Assembly: GCA_964291655.2 (NCBI GenBank) | Contig: OZ219802.1 | Coordinates: 2,304,001-2,368,000 of the forward strand | DNA length: 64,000 bases | Origin: Chloroflexota bacterium | GTDB lineage: Bacteria; Chloroflexota; UBA11872; VXOZ01 | Reading direction: 5' to 3' | Shown: in pieces, positions 29,320-39,669 of the stretch | How the letters are laid out: every line of letters begins with the position of its first letter | Position numbering within the stretch: position 1 is the first letter of the stretch | Program-made: the position numbers and the translations under genes | The notes under the pieces: model-generated | Seen by the model: only the letters and a program-made list of their open reading frames with translations | What the model was told of the DNA's origin: nothing | Databases searched by the model: none

Positions 29320-29610
29320 ATGGCAGTGCGACAGAGAATATGGCAACCTGAGTTGTCATGGCGCGTGTTTCGCAAGGAACTGCCCAATGATTGGTGCCTG
29401 CGCATCAACGAGCGGTACACGGTGCCGTTCGCGAACGGGTACGTCCTCCAGATCACACGCGCCGAGCATAACGACGATGGCTGGGAATGCGCGCTCGAAC
29501 GGCGCGGCCGCTTTGCAAAGCACGCCGACTTTCCCCACGGACCGCAGTTGATCATGGAAGAAGCCGCGGTGGACGCGCTGGTGGAGAAGGTGGCCGGCTA
29601 TCCCGGCTAG
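29320..29610 (+). CDS. Hypothetical protein (96 aa)
   Basis: GGGAG RBS, coding-like codon usage. Confidence 0.6.
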   Translation: MAVRQRIWQPELSWRVFRKELPNDWCLRINERYTVPFANGYVLQITRAEHNDDGWECALERRGRFAKHADFPHGPQLIMEEAAVDALVEKVAGYPG

Positions 29611-29790
29611 TAAAGATAAGCTGCAGCGTGGCGCGGGGGGCTTGTCCCCCGCTTGAGAAGGCGTTGCCCGCAACGACACTTGGCAAGGCAATCTATTTCC
29701 CATCCTCATAGAATCGCCGTTTAACTCGAATGTATCCCAACGGTAGTACCTGCTCAGATACGACGTGTGTTGTGCCCAAAGGAGCCGTTC

Positions 29791-30852
29791 GTGCCGACCA
29801 TCACCGCTGACGCCCTGCGCCGCATCGGCCAAGCATTCTTCATCGCACTCGGCTGTCGTCCCGATGATGCGCAGATTGTGGCCGACCACCTGGTGCAATC
29901 GAGCCTCTACGGCCATGACTCCCATGGCATTTTGCGCATGTATGAGTATGCGCGCGCCGTGGACGAAGGGCGCGTCCAACCCCAGGGAACGCCCAAAATC
30001 GTGAGTGAACGCGCCTGCACGGCAGTGATTGACGCCAACGACGGGTTTGGGCAGGTCGGCGCGACTCTTGCCACAAAGTTGGCCATAGAGAAGGCGCGGC
30101 AGTACGGCCTGGCGAGTGTCGCACTGCGCAGAGCGAGCCACATCGGCAGAGCGGGAGCCTACCCCATCATGATTGCCCAGGCCGGCCTCATTGGCGTGGC
30201 CTACGTCAATTACGGTCGTTTAGGCATCCAAGTTGCGCCGTTCGGCGGCATAGACGGCCGTCTGGCGACGAATCCATTGGCTTTTGCCGCGCCGCGCCGT
30301 TCCCAGCCGCCCATCATGGTGGACATGACAACGAGCACGGTCGCCGACGGCAAGATTCGCCTGGCTACCAATCTCGGCAAGCCGCTGCCGGAAGGGTGGA
30401 TCATCGATGGAGAAGGCAATCCGAGCACCGATCCGCAGGACTATTGGGACGAACCGCGGGGCGCAATCTTGCCGCTGGGCGGTCCACTCGGCCACAAAGG
30501 CTATGCGCTGGCCATGATGATGGAACTTTGCGCCGGAGGCCTGAGCGGTCAGGGCATGGCCTCCGGGGACAGACGTTCGTCCGCAAACGCCTTCCTGCTT
30601 ACTGCCTACGACATCGGACACTTCACCGACATGGACTTCTTCTACGACGAGGTGGAAGCCCTGGTGAGCCACGTCACGTCGAGCCGCACCGCTCCCGGCG
30701 TCGCGGAGATTTTGATTCCCGGCGAACCCGAATTCCGCAGCGAGCGCGAGCGGGAACGAACGGGCATCCCCATCGACGACACTACCTGGGAAAGAGTCTG
30801 CGCCTCAGCGCGTGACATCGGCCTCGATCCAACCGCCTGGGAGCTTAAGTGA
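29791..30852 (+). CDS. Ldh_2 family oxidoreductase, copy 1
   Basis: GHDSHG, HIGR, TNPLAFA.P, GHKG, PGEPE. GTG start after AGGAG. Confidence 0.92.
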   Translation: MPTITADALRRIGQAFFIALGCRPDDAQIVADHLVQSSLYGHDSHGILRMYEYARAVDEGRVQPQGTPKIVSERACTAVIDANDGFGQVGATLATKLAIEKARQYGLASVALRRASHIGRAGAYPIMIAQAGLIGVAYVNYGRLGIQVAPFGGIDGRLATNPLAFAAPRRSQPPIMVDMTTSTVADGKIRLATNLGKPLPEGWIIDGEGNPSTDPQDYWDEPRGAILPLGGPLGHKGYALAMMMELCAGGLSGQGMASGDRRSSANAFLLTAYDIGHFTDMDFFYDEVEALVSHVTSSRTAPGVAEILIPGEPEFRSERERERTGIPIDDTTWERVCASARDIGLDPTAWELK

Positions 30853-30870
30853 TGACATTAGGAGCCCTTT

Positions 30871-31953
30871 GTGCCAACCGTTTCTGCTGAGGCTCTGCGC
30901 CGCATTGGATACGACTTTTTCGCCGCCGTGGGTTGCCGTCCCGCTGACGGCCAGACTGTAACCGATCACCTGGTGCAGTCCAACCTCTTCGGCCATGATT
31001 CCCACGGCGTGGTGCACATGGAAAGGTATGGGCGCGCCGTCTGGGAGGAACAACGTGTTGACCCGCGAGCGGTACCGGAAATCGTGCGTGAATATCCCTG
31101 CACCGCGGTGGTGGATGCCAATGGTGGGTTCGGTCAGGTGGGTGCGACCTTCGCCACCAAACTCTTGATACAAAAGGCGCAACAGCACGGCGTGGCCAGT
31201 GTCTCACTGCGCAATACGAGCCACATTGGCAGGTTGAGCGCGTATCCACTCATGGTGGCGCAGGCCGGCATGATCGGCCTGGTCTTCGTCAATGCCGGTC
31301 GGATGGGCTTTCAGGTGGCGCCCTTTGGGGGCATTGACGGTCGCCTGGGCACGAATCCGCTGGCTTTTGCGGCGCCCCGGCGCGCCGAGGCACCGCTTTT
31401 TGTGGACATGAGCACCTCCACGGTCGCCGACGGCAAGATTTACATCGCCGCCAACCAGGGAAAGCCGGTGCCTGAGGGATGGTTTGTCGATGCGGAGGGC
31501 AACCCCAGCACGAACCCGCATGACTATTTCGATGAACCGCGCGGGGCTGTGCTTCCGCTGGGCGGTCCCCTGGGGCACAAGGGCTTTGCCCTCAGCTTGA
31601 TGATGGAGATTTGCGGGGGAGGACTAAGCGGTCAGGGCATGTCCCAAGGCGACATGCGCTTTAGTAGTAACGGCGTTCTCATTACGGCCTACGACATCGC
31701 GCAGTTCACCAATCTGGAGGAATTCTACGCTGAGGTGGAAGCACTGGTCAGCCACGTCAAGTCGAGCCGCACCGCGCCCGGCGTGGATGAGATTCTGGTA
31801 CCCGGCGAACCGGAATTCCGCACGGAGCGCGAACGCGGGCAGACGGGAATCCCCATCGACGACACCACCTGGGAAAAGCTCTGCGCCGCGGCCCGAGAAA
31901 TGGGCTTGGAACCAGACACTTGGGAACTCACCTCGCGTGACGCCGCAGACTGA
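30871..31953 (+). CDS. Ldh_2 family oxidoreductase, copy 2
   Basis: Same motifs. Confidence 0.92.
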   Translation: MPTVSAEALRRIGYDFFAAVGCRPADGQTVTDHLVQSNLFGHDSHGVVHMERYGRAVWEEQRVDPRAVPEIVREYPCTAVVDANGGFGQVGATFATKLLIQKAQQHGVASVSLRNTSHIGRLSAYPLMVAQAGMIGLVFVNAGRMGFQVAPFGGIDGRLGTNPLAFAAPRRAEAPLFVDMSTSTVADGKIYIAANQGKPVPEGWFVDAEGNPSTNPHDYFDEPRGAVLPLGGPLGHKGFALSLMMEICGGGLSGQGMSQGDMRFSSNGVLITAYDIAQFTNLEEFYAEVEALVSHVKSSRTAPGVDEILVPGEPEFRTERERGQTGIPIDDTTWEKLCAAAREMGLEPDTWELTSRDAAD

Positions 31954-32409
31954 ACGCGGCAACACTTCGGACGGCTGCAGCACTCCACGTGTGACAGTCT
32001 CGACACTATGGCAGGATAGATGCAGCGTTCAGCGCTTGTAAATGTCAGGTAGTTCATTGACAGACTTGAGAACAAAAGCAGCTGAACGCAGTACTCTACA
32101 TGAACAGTACATATGTCATTCCGAACGAAGCGCAGCGAAGAGTCGCTCTTAGCGCGGGATCTAGTGTGCTGAAGCCGTTTAGGTGCGTTGAGCAGTGACC
32201 CTAGATTCCGCGAACAGGGTTCGACGCTCCGCTCGGAATGACATGCACCGTCAACTCCTCAGAGTGGAAAGCGGTTTTTGTCAACAATTTACTTAACACA
32301 TACAAGCGCTGCCCTGCGGTGAGTTCCCACCCGGCGATCCCCGCATAAAGGGGCAGGGTAGGGGCGGGCTTCCAGTCCAATGCGTAACTTGGGACAGTGG
32401 CTTTGCGAA

Positions 32410-32601
32410 ACTTCCTCTCCCTGAGGAGACTCTTGAAAAACCCGAGCCGTCAGGCGAGAGGACTCCCTTTCCATGGGGAGACTCTTGAACAACCCGAGCC
32501 GGCTAGCGAGGAAACTCCCTCTCCTTGAGGAGACTATTGAACAACTCGAGCCGTCAGGCGAGGAGACTCCCTCTCCATGGGGAGAGGGCCGGGGTGAGGG
32601 G
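32410..32601. repeat. 52-bp tandem repeat, three units plus a terminal full palindrome
   Basis: Units start at 32410, 32462, 32514 and 32566. Confidence 0.85.
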
Positions 32602-32734
32602 AATCTTCACCGTACCAACCTGAACCGGCGTATTTGACATAAGTACACAGAGCCTGCACTGTAACCCAATACGTGGAGCTTCACGAGCAAGAACCTAACC
32701 TTCAAGACTCACGCGATGCCGAAAGGAGCCGTTT

Positions 32735-33799
32735 GTGCCTACCGTTACCGCCGACGCTTTGCGCAGCATTGGCTACGAATTCTTCACCGCTCTGGGCTGC
32801 CGCCGGGAAGATGCCCGCATAGTTACTGATCACCTCGTGCAGTCCAACCTCTACGGCCATGACTCTCACGGCGTCGTACGCATGGAACAGTATTGGAGCG
32901 CAGTAACGGAACAGCAGGTTGTCGACCCGCAAGCTGTACCGGAGATTGTGCGCGAACATCCCTGCACAGCGGTGGTGGACGCCAACAACGGGTTTGGTCA
33001 GGTGGGCGCAGTCTTTGCCACCAGGATCTTGATAGAGAAGGCACAACAGTACGGCATAGCCAGTGTCTCGCTGCGCAATACGAGCCACATCGGCAGAGTC
33101 GGGGAGTATCCGCACATGGTGGCACAGGCCGGCATGATTGGCCTGATCTTCGTCAACGCCGGGAGACTGGGCTTTCAGGTAGCGCCGTTCGGTGGCATCG
33201 ACGGCCGCCTCGGGACGAATCCGCTGGCCTTTGCGGCGCCACGGCGCGCCGACCCGCCATTCTTTGTGGACTTGACCACCTCCACCGTCGCCGACGGCAA
33301 GATCAAAGTGGCTGCCAACCAGGGGAAGCCGCTGCCTGAGGGCTGGATCGTGGATGCGGCAGGCAACCCCAGCACCGATCCCAGCGACTACTGGGACGAA
33401 CCGCCCGGCGCTGTGCTTCCGTTGGGCGGTCCCCTAGGGCACAAAGGCACTGCGCTGAGCATGATGAATGAGATCTGCGGCGGCGGGCTGAGCGGTCAGG
33501 GCATGTCCGCCGGCGACATGCGCGTGGATAGCAACGGTGTGCACATGACAGCCTATGACATCGCCCAGTTTGTGGAACCTGAGTTCTTCTATGATGAGAT
33601 CGATACGCTCATCAGTCACGTAAAGACGAGCCGCCCGGCAGCCGGTATCGATGAGGTTTTGGTTGCCAGCGAACCGGAATACCGTGCGCAGCGCGAACGC
33701 GAGCAATCGGGAATCCCCATCGACGAAACTACGTGGGGGAAGCTCTGCGCCGCCGCCCGCGACGTGGGCCTGGACCCAAACACCTGGCAACTCATCTAG
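32735..33799 (+). CDS. Ldh_2 family oxidoreductase, copy 3
   Basis: Same motifs. Confidence 0.92.
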   Translation: MPTVTADALRSIGYEFFTALGCRREDARIVTDHLVQSNLYGHDSHGVVRMEQYWSAVTEQQVVDPQAVPEIVREHPCTAVVDANNGFGQVGAVFATRILIEKAQQYGIASVSLRNTSHIGRVGEYPHMVAQAGMIGLIFVNAGRLGFQVAPFGGIDGRLGTNPLAFAAPRRADPPFFVDLTTSTVADGKIKVAANQGKPLPEGWIVDAAGNPSTDPSDYWDEPPGAVLPLGGPLGHKGTALSMMNEICGGGLSGQGMSAGDMRVDSNGVHMTAYDIAQFVEPEFFYDEIDTLISHVKTSRPAAGIDEVLVASEPEYRAQREREQSGIPIDETTWGKLCAAARDVGLDPNTWQLI

Positions 33800-34459
33800 C
33801 GTAACGTAGCACTGCCAGTGGGTATAGCCCTAATGGGGCTGCAATGAACTGCCTCACCAGCAGGACTCATAGGTTGCCGGACTTGTGAGAGAGAAGTGCC
33901 GCAGTCTTTGTTCACTTGAGTGGAGGCCTGCGAAAGATCTGGCATAGGCGATAGAGTTCTGCTGCCGTTGGAATCCCTTGCACAACGCATGCCGTTTGCC
34001 AAAGATCACCTCTCGGAAGAGGGAATGAGTGTAACTCTTTGTCGACACAGCCAAGTCTCGTTGGCTCTGTCAACACTCGCCAAAGCCCCCCTGGAGGACA
34101 AGGGGGCGGCTTACACTGTCAGTCTGAGAAGGCGTTGGCTGAGACTATAGCGGTACTGAGAATTTCTCTTGCTTGCGCGAATGCTTGGCAGGCAGAGAAG
34201 CACCCTCTTTATGACGAACGTGAGGGTATGGCGTACGACGCAGATACCATTCGATTGCAGGTCCGCGCTGAGGCATTCGCCATGCTGTCTCCAGCAGTTG
34301 GGGCGGATTGCAGACTTGTACCTTGAAGAAGAGGGGGCGTTCGCGGCATCTCATGACAGTTAATGGCAGCTAGTGCTACGGCCACAAGGTTAGTGGGTGC
34401 CCAAACATCAATCGAATAGTTGGTTGCCTCTGCCTGCCAAGCGCCCAAGGGCACGCCGA

Positions 34460-35227
34460 CTAGAGGCCGAATAGTCTCGCGGCATTTTCCTGCTCGATCA
34501 TCCGCCGTGCGTCGGCGGTTATATTGGCATGCGCAATCGCCAGCGTGGCGGCTTCGGGCACGTGCAGCGGCAGGTTGGTTCCGAGGAACACGCGGTCGGC
34601 GCCCATTGTTTTGCAGAGCTTCTCGATGTCTCCCACCGGCCCTTGCACGCGGGAAATCTCGAAATGCAGGTTTTCCGTGTGGGTGGCCTCCGACCAGACG
34701 GCGTTAATGCCCGTGAATTTCTCGGCGGCGACAAGAAACCGCACGTCGGGAAACGCTGAAACGGCCGCCGCTACCTGCGCGCTGGGCACGTCGGGCACCT
34801 TAACGAGCGGGTGGTGATGGCGCGTATCTTCCAATCCAGTTGTTAGAATCACAACAAAGTTGTGCGCCCGGGCTGCTTCCAGAACCGCCGCGCCCTCCGC
34901 TGAGTCCAGCGCGAACTGGTGGTAGTTCGGATGCAGCCGCATGACCCGCATGCCGAGTTCCCGCACGCAGATGGCGAGGTCTTCTTCCCAACCGGGAAAC
35001 ATCGGGTTGATGGTAAAAGCGGGTAGGAGCCGGTCGGCAGGGTGGTGCACTTCGGAATGCAAGTGGCGGTTGCCGGCAAGCTGGTCTTTATAGAAGACGT
35101 TTTCGAGCGACGACACGACGGCCTTCTCAATGCCGAGCGCGTCCATCTTGTCGAGTAACGCGATATGTGTCGTGTAGCGTAGTTGCCGAAACGGCCAATT
35201 GCCAATATACGCGTTGGCATCGATCAT
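34460..35227 (-). CDS. Amidohydrolase_2-like protein with degenerate HxH
   Basis: IDANAYIG.WPF, RLHPNYH, FLGTNLP. Overlaps upstream partner by 4 nt. Confidence 0.8.
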   Translation of the reverse strand: MIDANAYIGNWPFRQLRYTTHIALLDKMDALGIEKAVVSSLENVFYKDQLAGNRHLHSEVHHPADRLLPAFTINPMFPGWEEDLAICVRELGMRVMRLHPNYHQFALDSAEGAAVLEAARAHNFVVILTTGLEDTRHHHPLVKVPDVPSAQVAAAVSAFPDVRFLVAAEKFTGINAVWSEATHTENLHFEISRVQGPVGDIEKLCKTMGADRVFLGTNLPLHVPEAATLAIAHANITADARRMIEQENAARLFGL

Positions 35228-36012
35228 GACGTTGCTCCGTTGGCGGGTTTCTGTTGGTCGAACAGGGCTTGGGCGTTGCGGAAGAGAATTTTATCCTGCT
35301 CTTCCTCGCTCAAGTCTGCGCCGTACACCTTGGCAAGCTGGGACACCAATGAGCGCCCCGGCGCGTCGCTGCCGAAGACGATGTGGTCGGCGGTCTCGTG
35401 CTCCACCAGCAATTCGACATAGCCGTTCATCGCTTCGCCGCCGCCCAGGTCCATGTAGACGTTGGGTAATCCGCGGGCGCACTTGGCGCCGTACTCGTAA
35501 TCGCCGCCGCAGTGCCCCCAGAAGAAGCTCACGTCGGGATGCCGCAGCGCCAGCTCGCGGAGGTCCATCGGTGTGGACTCACCGGGCAGGTTACCCGTGA
35601 CCTTGAACCACGTGTGCTGCAGCACCGGCAGTTTGTGTTTCACGCAGAGGCGCATGATGGGATCCAGGCGCGGATCGTTGCAGCGCACCGCTACCCAGAG
35701 TTTCACGCCTTGCTGGCCGGGGTAAGCGGCCACACGCTCTTCAAGCTCTCGGCAGGCAAAGTCGCCGTGGGCGGGATTGAGGTACCACATGGGGATGATG
35801 CGCTCCGGGTGCGCGGCGGCCAGTTCGGCCGTCCAATCGTTGCAGCCCTTGATCTCATCTTCTGTCGGACTTTCGGGCATACCGGTGCCGCCTTTCGGGC
35901 TCAGACTGTTCACGCAAAGCGTCACGTCGAGAGCCTCGGCCTGGTCCAGCAGGTACTGGAAACCCTCTGGGTCCGGCCCCAGACGCGAATGGACGTGGAT
36001 GTCGATGATCAT
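35224..36012 (-). CDS. Amidohydrolase_2 family protein
   Basis: IDIHVH, GVKL, PVLQH, GHCGGD, VFGSD. Confidence 0.88.
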   Translation of the reverse strand: MIIDIHVHSRLGPDPEGFQYLLDQAEALDVTLCVNSLSPKGGTGMPESPTEDEIKGCNDWTAELAAAHPERIIPMWYLNPAHGDFACRELEERVAAYPGQQGVKLWVAVRCNDPRLDPIMRLCVKHKLPVLQHTWFKVTGNLPGESTPMDLRELALRHPDVSFFWGHCGGDYEYGAKCARGLPNVYMDLGGGEAMNGYVELLVEHETADHIVFGSDAPGRSLVSQLAKVYGADLSEEEQDKILFRNAQALFDQQKPANGATS

Positions 36013-36391
36013 TGTATGGGTGCTGCCTTGATGTCTTTTCTTGCTCTTTGCACCTGATTATAGCCTAGACTCACGACTGGCTTCTCACGACCCGCAAGAG
36101 CTGCCTGATCGCGACGATGTGCATTGTCCCCTGGGACCTTCGCCTCTCAAGAATTCCCTTTTCCCACTGGAATCTATTGCAAAGCCCTTTCCCCTTGATG
36201 GGGAAGTCCGGGTGGTGAGGGGAGAGATTTGGCTTCATAGCTAGAATTCGCAAGCTATCCCCATCCTTCTGGATTCCGGCTTTCGCCGGAATGACGGAGT
36301 TGTTGAGAGCTCTCCGCTGGGAGAGGGTTGGGGTGAGGGTCTTCTCTTGTAACAAGGTTTGGACAATCGCTGCGGCAGCGGTGAAACTCCG

Positions 36392-37636
36392 TCAACCTGC
36401 CGTAGCAGTTTCGCTATCAGGCGCGCGATGATAGCCCCGCGCCACCAACATGGCCAAAAGGAACATAGGAATCGTAACCCCTATGCAGACGATAAATGGC
36501 AGTCGCAGGAACACGGACACCAGCGCGCCCGAAATGAGCGTGCCCGCCAAGATGCCCACCGCCCAGAAGAACTCCGTGATGGCGATGAGGCGGCCCTGTT
36601 CTTCCGCCGAGCCGGCCTCCGCCACGAGTTTCGGATAGAGACCGGAGAACCACCACGCGCCCATGTTTGCTAACAAGCCGCTGGCGGCAAGCCACCAAAC
36701 ATCATTGATGAGGAGCGTGATGAGCACCGCGCCACTCAACACAAAGACGGCCGCCAATCGCACCGGCCCGCTCCGACCGTACTTATCGGCAGCCCAGCCA
36801 ATAATGAGCTGGGTCGGACCGATGATGAAGAGAATGGCGCTGCCGTAAAGCCCCACGAACGTGACCGAATCCGTGAGCCGGAAAAGCTGCAACACCAGCA
36901 GCAGGTTCATAGTGCCGTAGAAGTAGGTAGCGCAAAAGCGCAGTCCGCACAGGGAGAGAATTCTTGGGTCGCGCAGAAGCCCAAGGTAGTCCGAAAACGC
37001 GGCCTTCCGCTGTTCGGCACTCTCATCAGAGTCCGGTTCTTCGCTATCGGATTCGACTGAAGGCAGCAACCATGCCGTGAGCGGCACGAGCACCAGTCCG
37101 GCGATGATGGCAATTAAGCCCAGCGTGGCAAAGCCGGCCGTATCGGCTATTCTGCCGCCTATGGCGCTGCCTACTGCCATGGAAATTGTGAGGCACAGGA
37201 AGTAATAGGCGCCGCCAATGCCCATCTGCACCAAGGGCAGGGCGCGCGCGAGATACGTGCGGCTGCCGGTGGTCATGAACGAAAAAAGCAGGCCGTACAC
37301 CGGCGCAATGACAAGCAGCAGCCAGATAGTATTCATTTGCAGCATGAGACCCACCGCAATGGCCCCGCAGAACCCCAGCACCAGCGTCCACTTCGCGCCC
37401 AGCCGGTCGGCCAGCACGCCACCGACCAGCAGCATGACGCCATAAACGGCCGTATGCATCGAAACGACGATCGCCGTGAAGAACGGCGGCTGTTCCAACT
37501 CTTTCTCAACGAAAACCGGTATCAGGCCCTGTGCCGGACTCATAAACACGAGATTCACGAACAGGAGCCCGAACATGATCACGACTGACCGCCATGAGGC
37601 GAACCGGCCCATGCGCGCGCGCAAGCCTGCAACCAT
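36392..37636 (-). CDS. MFS transporter
   Basis: About 12 hydrophobic segments, GVLADRLG and GWAADKYGR motif A. Confidence 0.9.
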   Translation of the reverse strand: MVAGLRARMGRFASWRSVVIMFGLLFVNLVFMSPAQGLIPVFVEKELEQPPFFTAIVVSMHTAVYGVMLLVGGVLADRLGAKWTLVLGFCGAIAVGLMLQMNTIWLLLVIAPVYGLLFSFMTTGSRTYLARALPLVQMGIGGAYYFLCLTISMAVGSAIGGRIADTAGFATLGLIAIIAGLVLVPLTAWLLPSVESDSEEPDSDESAEQRKAAFSDYLGLLRDPRILSLCGLRFCATYFYGTMNLLLVLQLFRLTDSVTFVGLYGSAILFIIGPTQLIIGWAADKYGRSGPVRLAAVFVLSGAVLITLLINDVWWLAASGLLANMGAWWFSGLYPKLVAEAGSAEEQGRLIAITEFFWAVGILAGTLISGALVSVFLRLPFIVCIGVTIPMFLLAMLVARGYHRAPDSETATAG

Positions 37637-37670
37637 TCGCTGTACCTTTCTCCTGCTGGTATTGCGTTTT

Positions 37671-38903
37671 CTAGCCGGTTTCGAGTGCCGCCACGGGCTT
37701 TTCGGTCACCAGCCGGTGTCCGCCGTTCGCCACGAGCATGGCAACGAAAAGCGTGGGAATATTCAGCCACGCCGCCACCAGGAACGGCGCGCTGAGGTGA
37801 ACGGTTAAGAGCGCTCCCGCTCCCAAAGCGCCCACCACCGCGCCAATGTTCCAAGCCATCTCCGTGACGGCGACGAGGCGGCCTTGTTCATCGTGCGCGC
37901 CGCTTTCGGCTACCAGGAGCGGGAAGAGACCGGAAAGCCACCACGCGCCCAAGTGCCCAACGAAAGCCCCACCGACAAGTCCCCAGACGTCGTTTACGAA
38001 TATGGCCGCCAATACCGCCCCGATGATTACGAGCACCGTAGACGCGAGAACCGGCATGCCGCTGCCCCACCGGTCGGCGGCCCAGCCTACCGGCATCATG
38101 GTGGTGCCGATTGCCAGCAGGCTCACCGCATAGAAGAGCGCCGGCGCCACGGGGGACCCCGTCAAGCGCAGGAGTTGGATGCCAATCACCAGTTGCCCCG
38201 TGGCCCAATAGATCGTCGGCAGACCGCGCAGCAGAAGCAAGAGTTGCACTGAGCGGCGCTGCACCATCTGCCAATAGCTCCCCAGAGTAATGGGCTCGGC
38301 GCTCTCAAACTTTGGCGTAACCGACGGCAGCCAAAGCTGCGCGCCAAGGGCGGTGAGGAAGCCCAAGGCTACGATGACAATGCCGGCGAGTGGAAAGCCC
38401 GACCTCGCGGCGATTATGCCAACGGCGGCGTTGCCAAGAGCCGCGCCTAACGTGAATCCAAGTTCATAGAGGTTGCCGAGCAGTCCCATGCGCTTGAGCG
38501 GCACCGCCAGCACGAGATAGGCGCGGCTGCCGGCCGCGTGCAGCGCAAAGAAGGTGCCCGTGAGCGCCGCCACAAGCACGAGTTGCCAGACCTCCTGCGC
38601 GATCAACAGGAATCCGGCAACCGCAGGGGTGAGCAACCCGATGACAAACGTTCGCTTGGGACGGAAACGGTCGGCGAGAAAACCGCCAACCAAGAGCATC
38701 GCCGCAAATACGACGTGAAACGTCGACTGAACGATCGAGGTGACAATCGGCGCACCTGCCAGCGCGCTCTCAACGTAGACTGGCAGTTGCGCGCGCGGCG
38801 GATTGGCAGCGCCGACATTGAAAAAGAGGATGACGAAGAAGGCGGACATCGCAATCCACGAGAGGGTAAATAAGCTCGCGGACGACGGTGCCGTAGTTGC
38901 CAT
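37671..38903 (-). CDS. MFS transporter (paralogue of neighbour)
   Basis: GGFLADRF, GWAADRWG, shared GAWW.SGL.P.LVAE..EQGRL. Confidence 0.9.
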   Translation of the reverse strand: MATTAPSSASLFTLSWIAMSAFFVILFFNVGAANPPRAQLPVYVESALAGAPIVTSIVQSTFHVVFAAMLLVGGFLADRFRPKRTFVIGLLTPAVAGFLLIAQEVWQLVLVAALTGTFFALHAAGSRAYLVLAVPLKRMGLLGNLYELGFTLGAALGNAAVGIIAARSGFPLAGIVIVALGFLTALGAQLWLPSVTPKFESAEPITLGSYWQMVQRRSVQLLLLLRGLPTIYWATGQLVIGIQLLRLTGSPVAPALFYAVSLLAIGTTMMPVGWAADRWGSGMPVLASTVLVIIGAVLAAIFVNDVWGLVGGAFVGHLGAWWLSGLFPLLVAESGAHDEQGRLVAVTEMAWNIGAVVGALGAGALLTVHLSAPFLVAAWLNIPTLFVAMLVANGGHRLVTEKPVAALETG

Positions 38904-39381
38904 GGGCTGCGCTTGTTCGGACGGTGAAGGATGACTTCGTCAGGGACGCTGCATTGAGCGCAAGTGTACCCCGCTTGTCCGCTGTGAGCAAGTTAGAGTT
39001 AACGGCACGAAAACCGCCCAAAAAAGGAAGCAAGCCGAGGCTCGAATGCTGTTCGACCTCACGCAATGAAACTTGCGCGCAACACCGTACACAAGCAGGA
39101 TGGCTGCCTCCCTCTTGAGACCCTCGATTCCGGGAGTGCGGCGGGAGCCGCATAGCTCTGGCCGGAGGCGTACCGTCTCCCCCCTCTCCCTGGGGAGACC
39201 TTTGCATAACCCCACTTTCAAGCAGGGGCACTCCCTCTCCTGGGCGAGAGGGTTGAGGTGAGGGGGTCTTTTGTTACAATGGCCCTTTACGCTGTGCAGT
39301 GTCAAGATGTGTCAGGGCAGACTCGGTGTGCATATGGAGAGACTTCAGAAAATTCACCCTCACCCTAGCCCTCTCCCGTCG

Positions 39382-39669
39382 TGTATAGACCGGGGACATG
39401 GGTAACAGTTGTTCGGGCTCATAGGTAACACCATAGAACGAGGGGGTTTTCGTAGTATGCGATGTCCTTGCCTTGAAAGTTAGATCCACTCAATATCCTT
39501 ATGCACACTGTTTGTTTCTCTGGCACAAGCTGACAGGCGGAAAGTGAGTGCACTGTGTCGCCAGTCTCTTATCAAACCCGGACCAACCCAATGCTCTCGT
39601 AGGTGTCAATCAGTAAAATGTGTTACCCATGTCCCCGAACAACTGTTACCTATGTCCCCGGTCTGTACA
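39382..39669. mobile_element. 288-bp MITE with IS481-type ends
   Basis: 50-bp terminal inverted repeats (TGT..ACA, 45/50 identical), 5-bp target duplication CGTCG at 39377-39381 and 39670-39674, no transposase. Confidence 0.88.

Noticed and set aside
32410-32601. CRISPR array
   Set aside because: Whole units are repeated with no unique spacers, and no cas genes are present. The same applies to the 60301 and 55783 repeats
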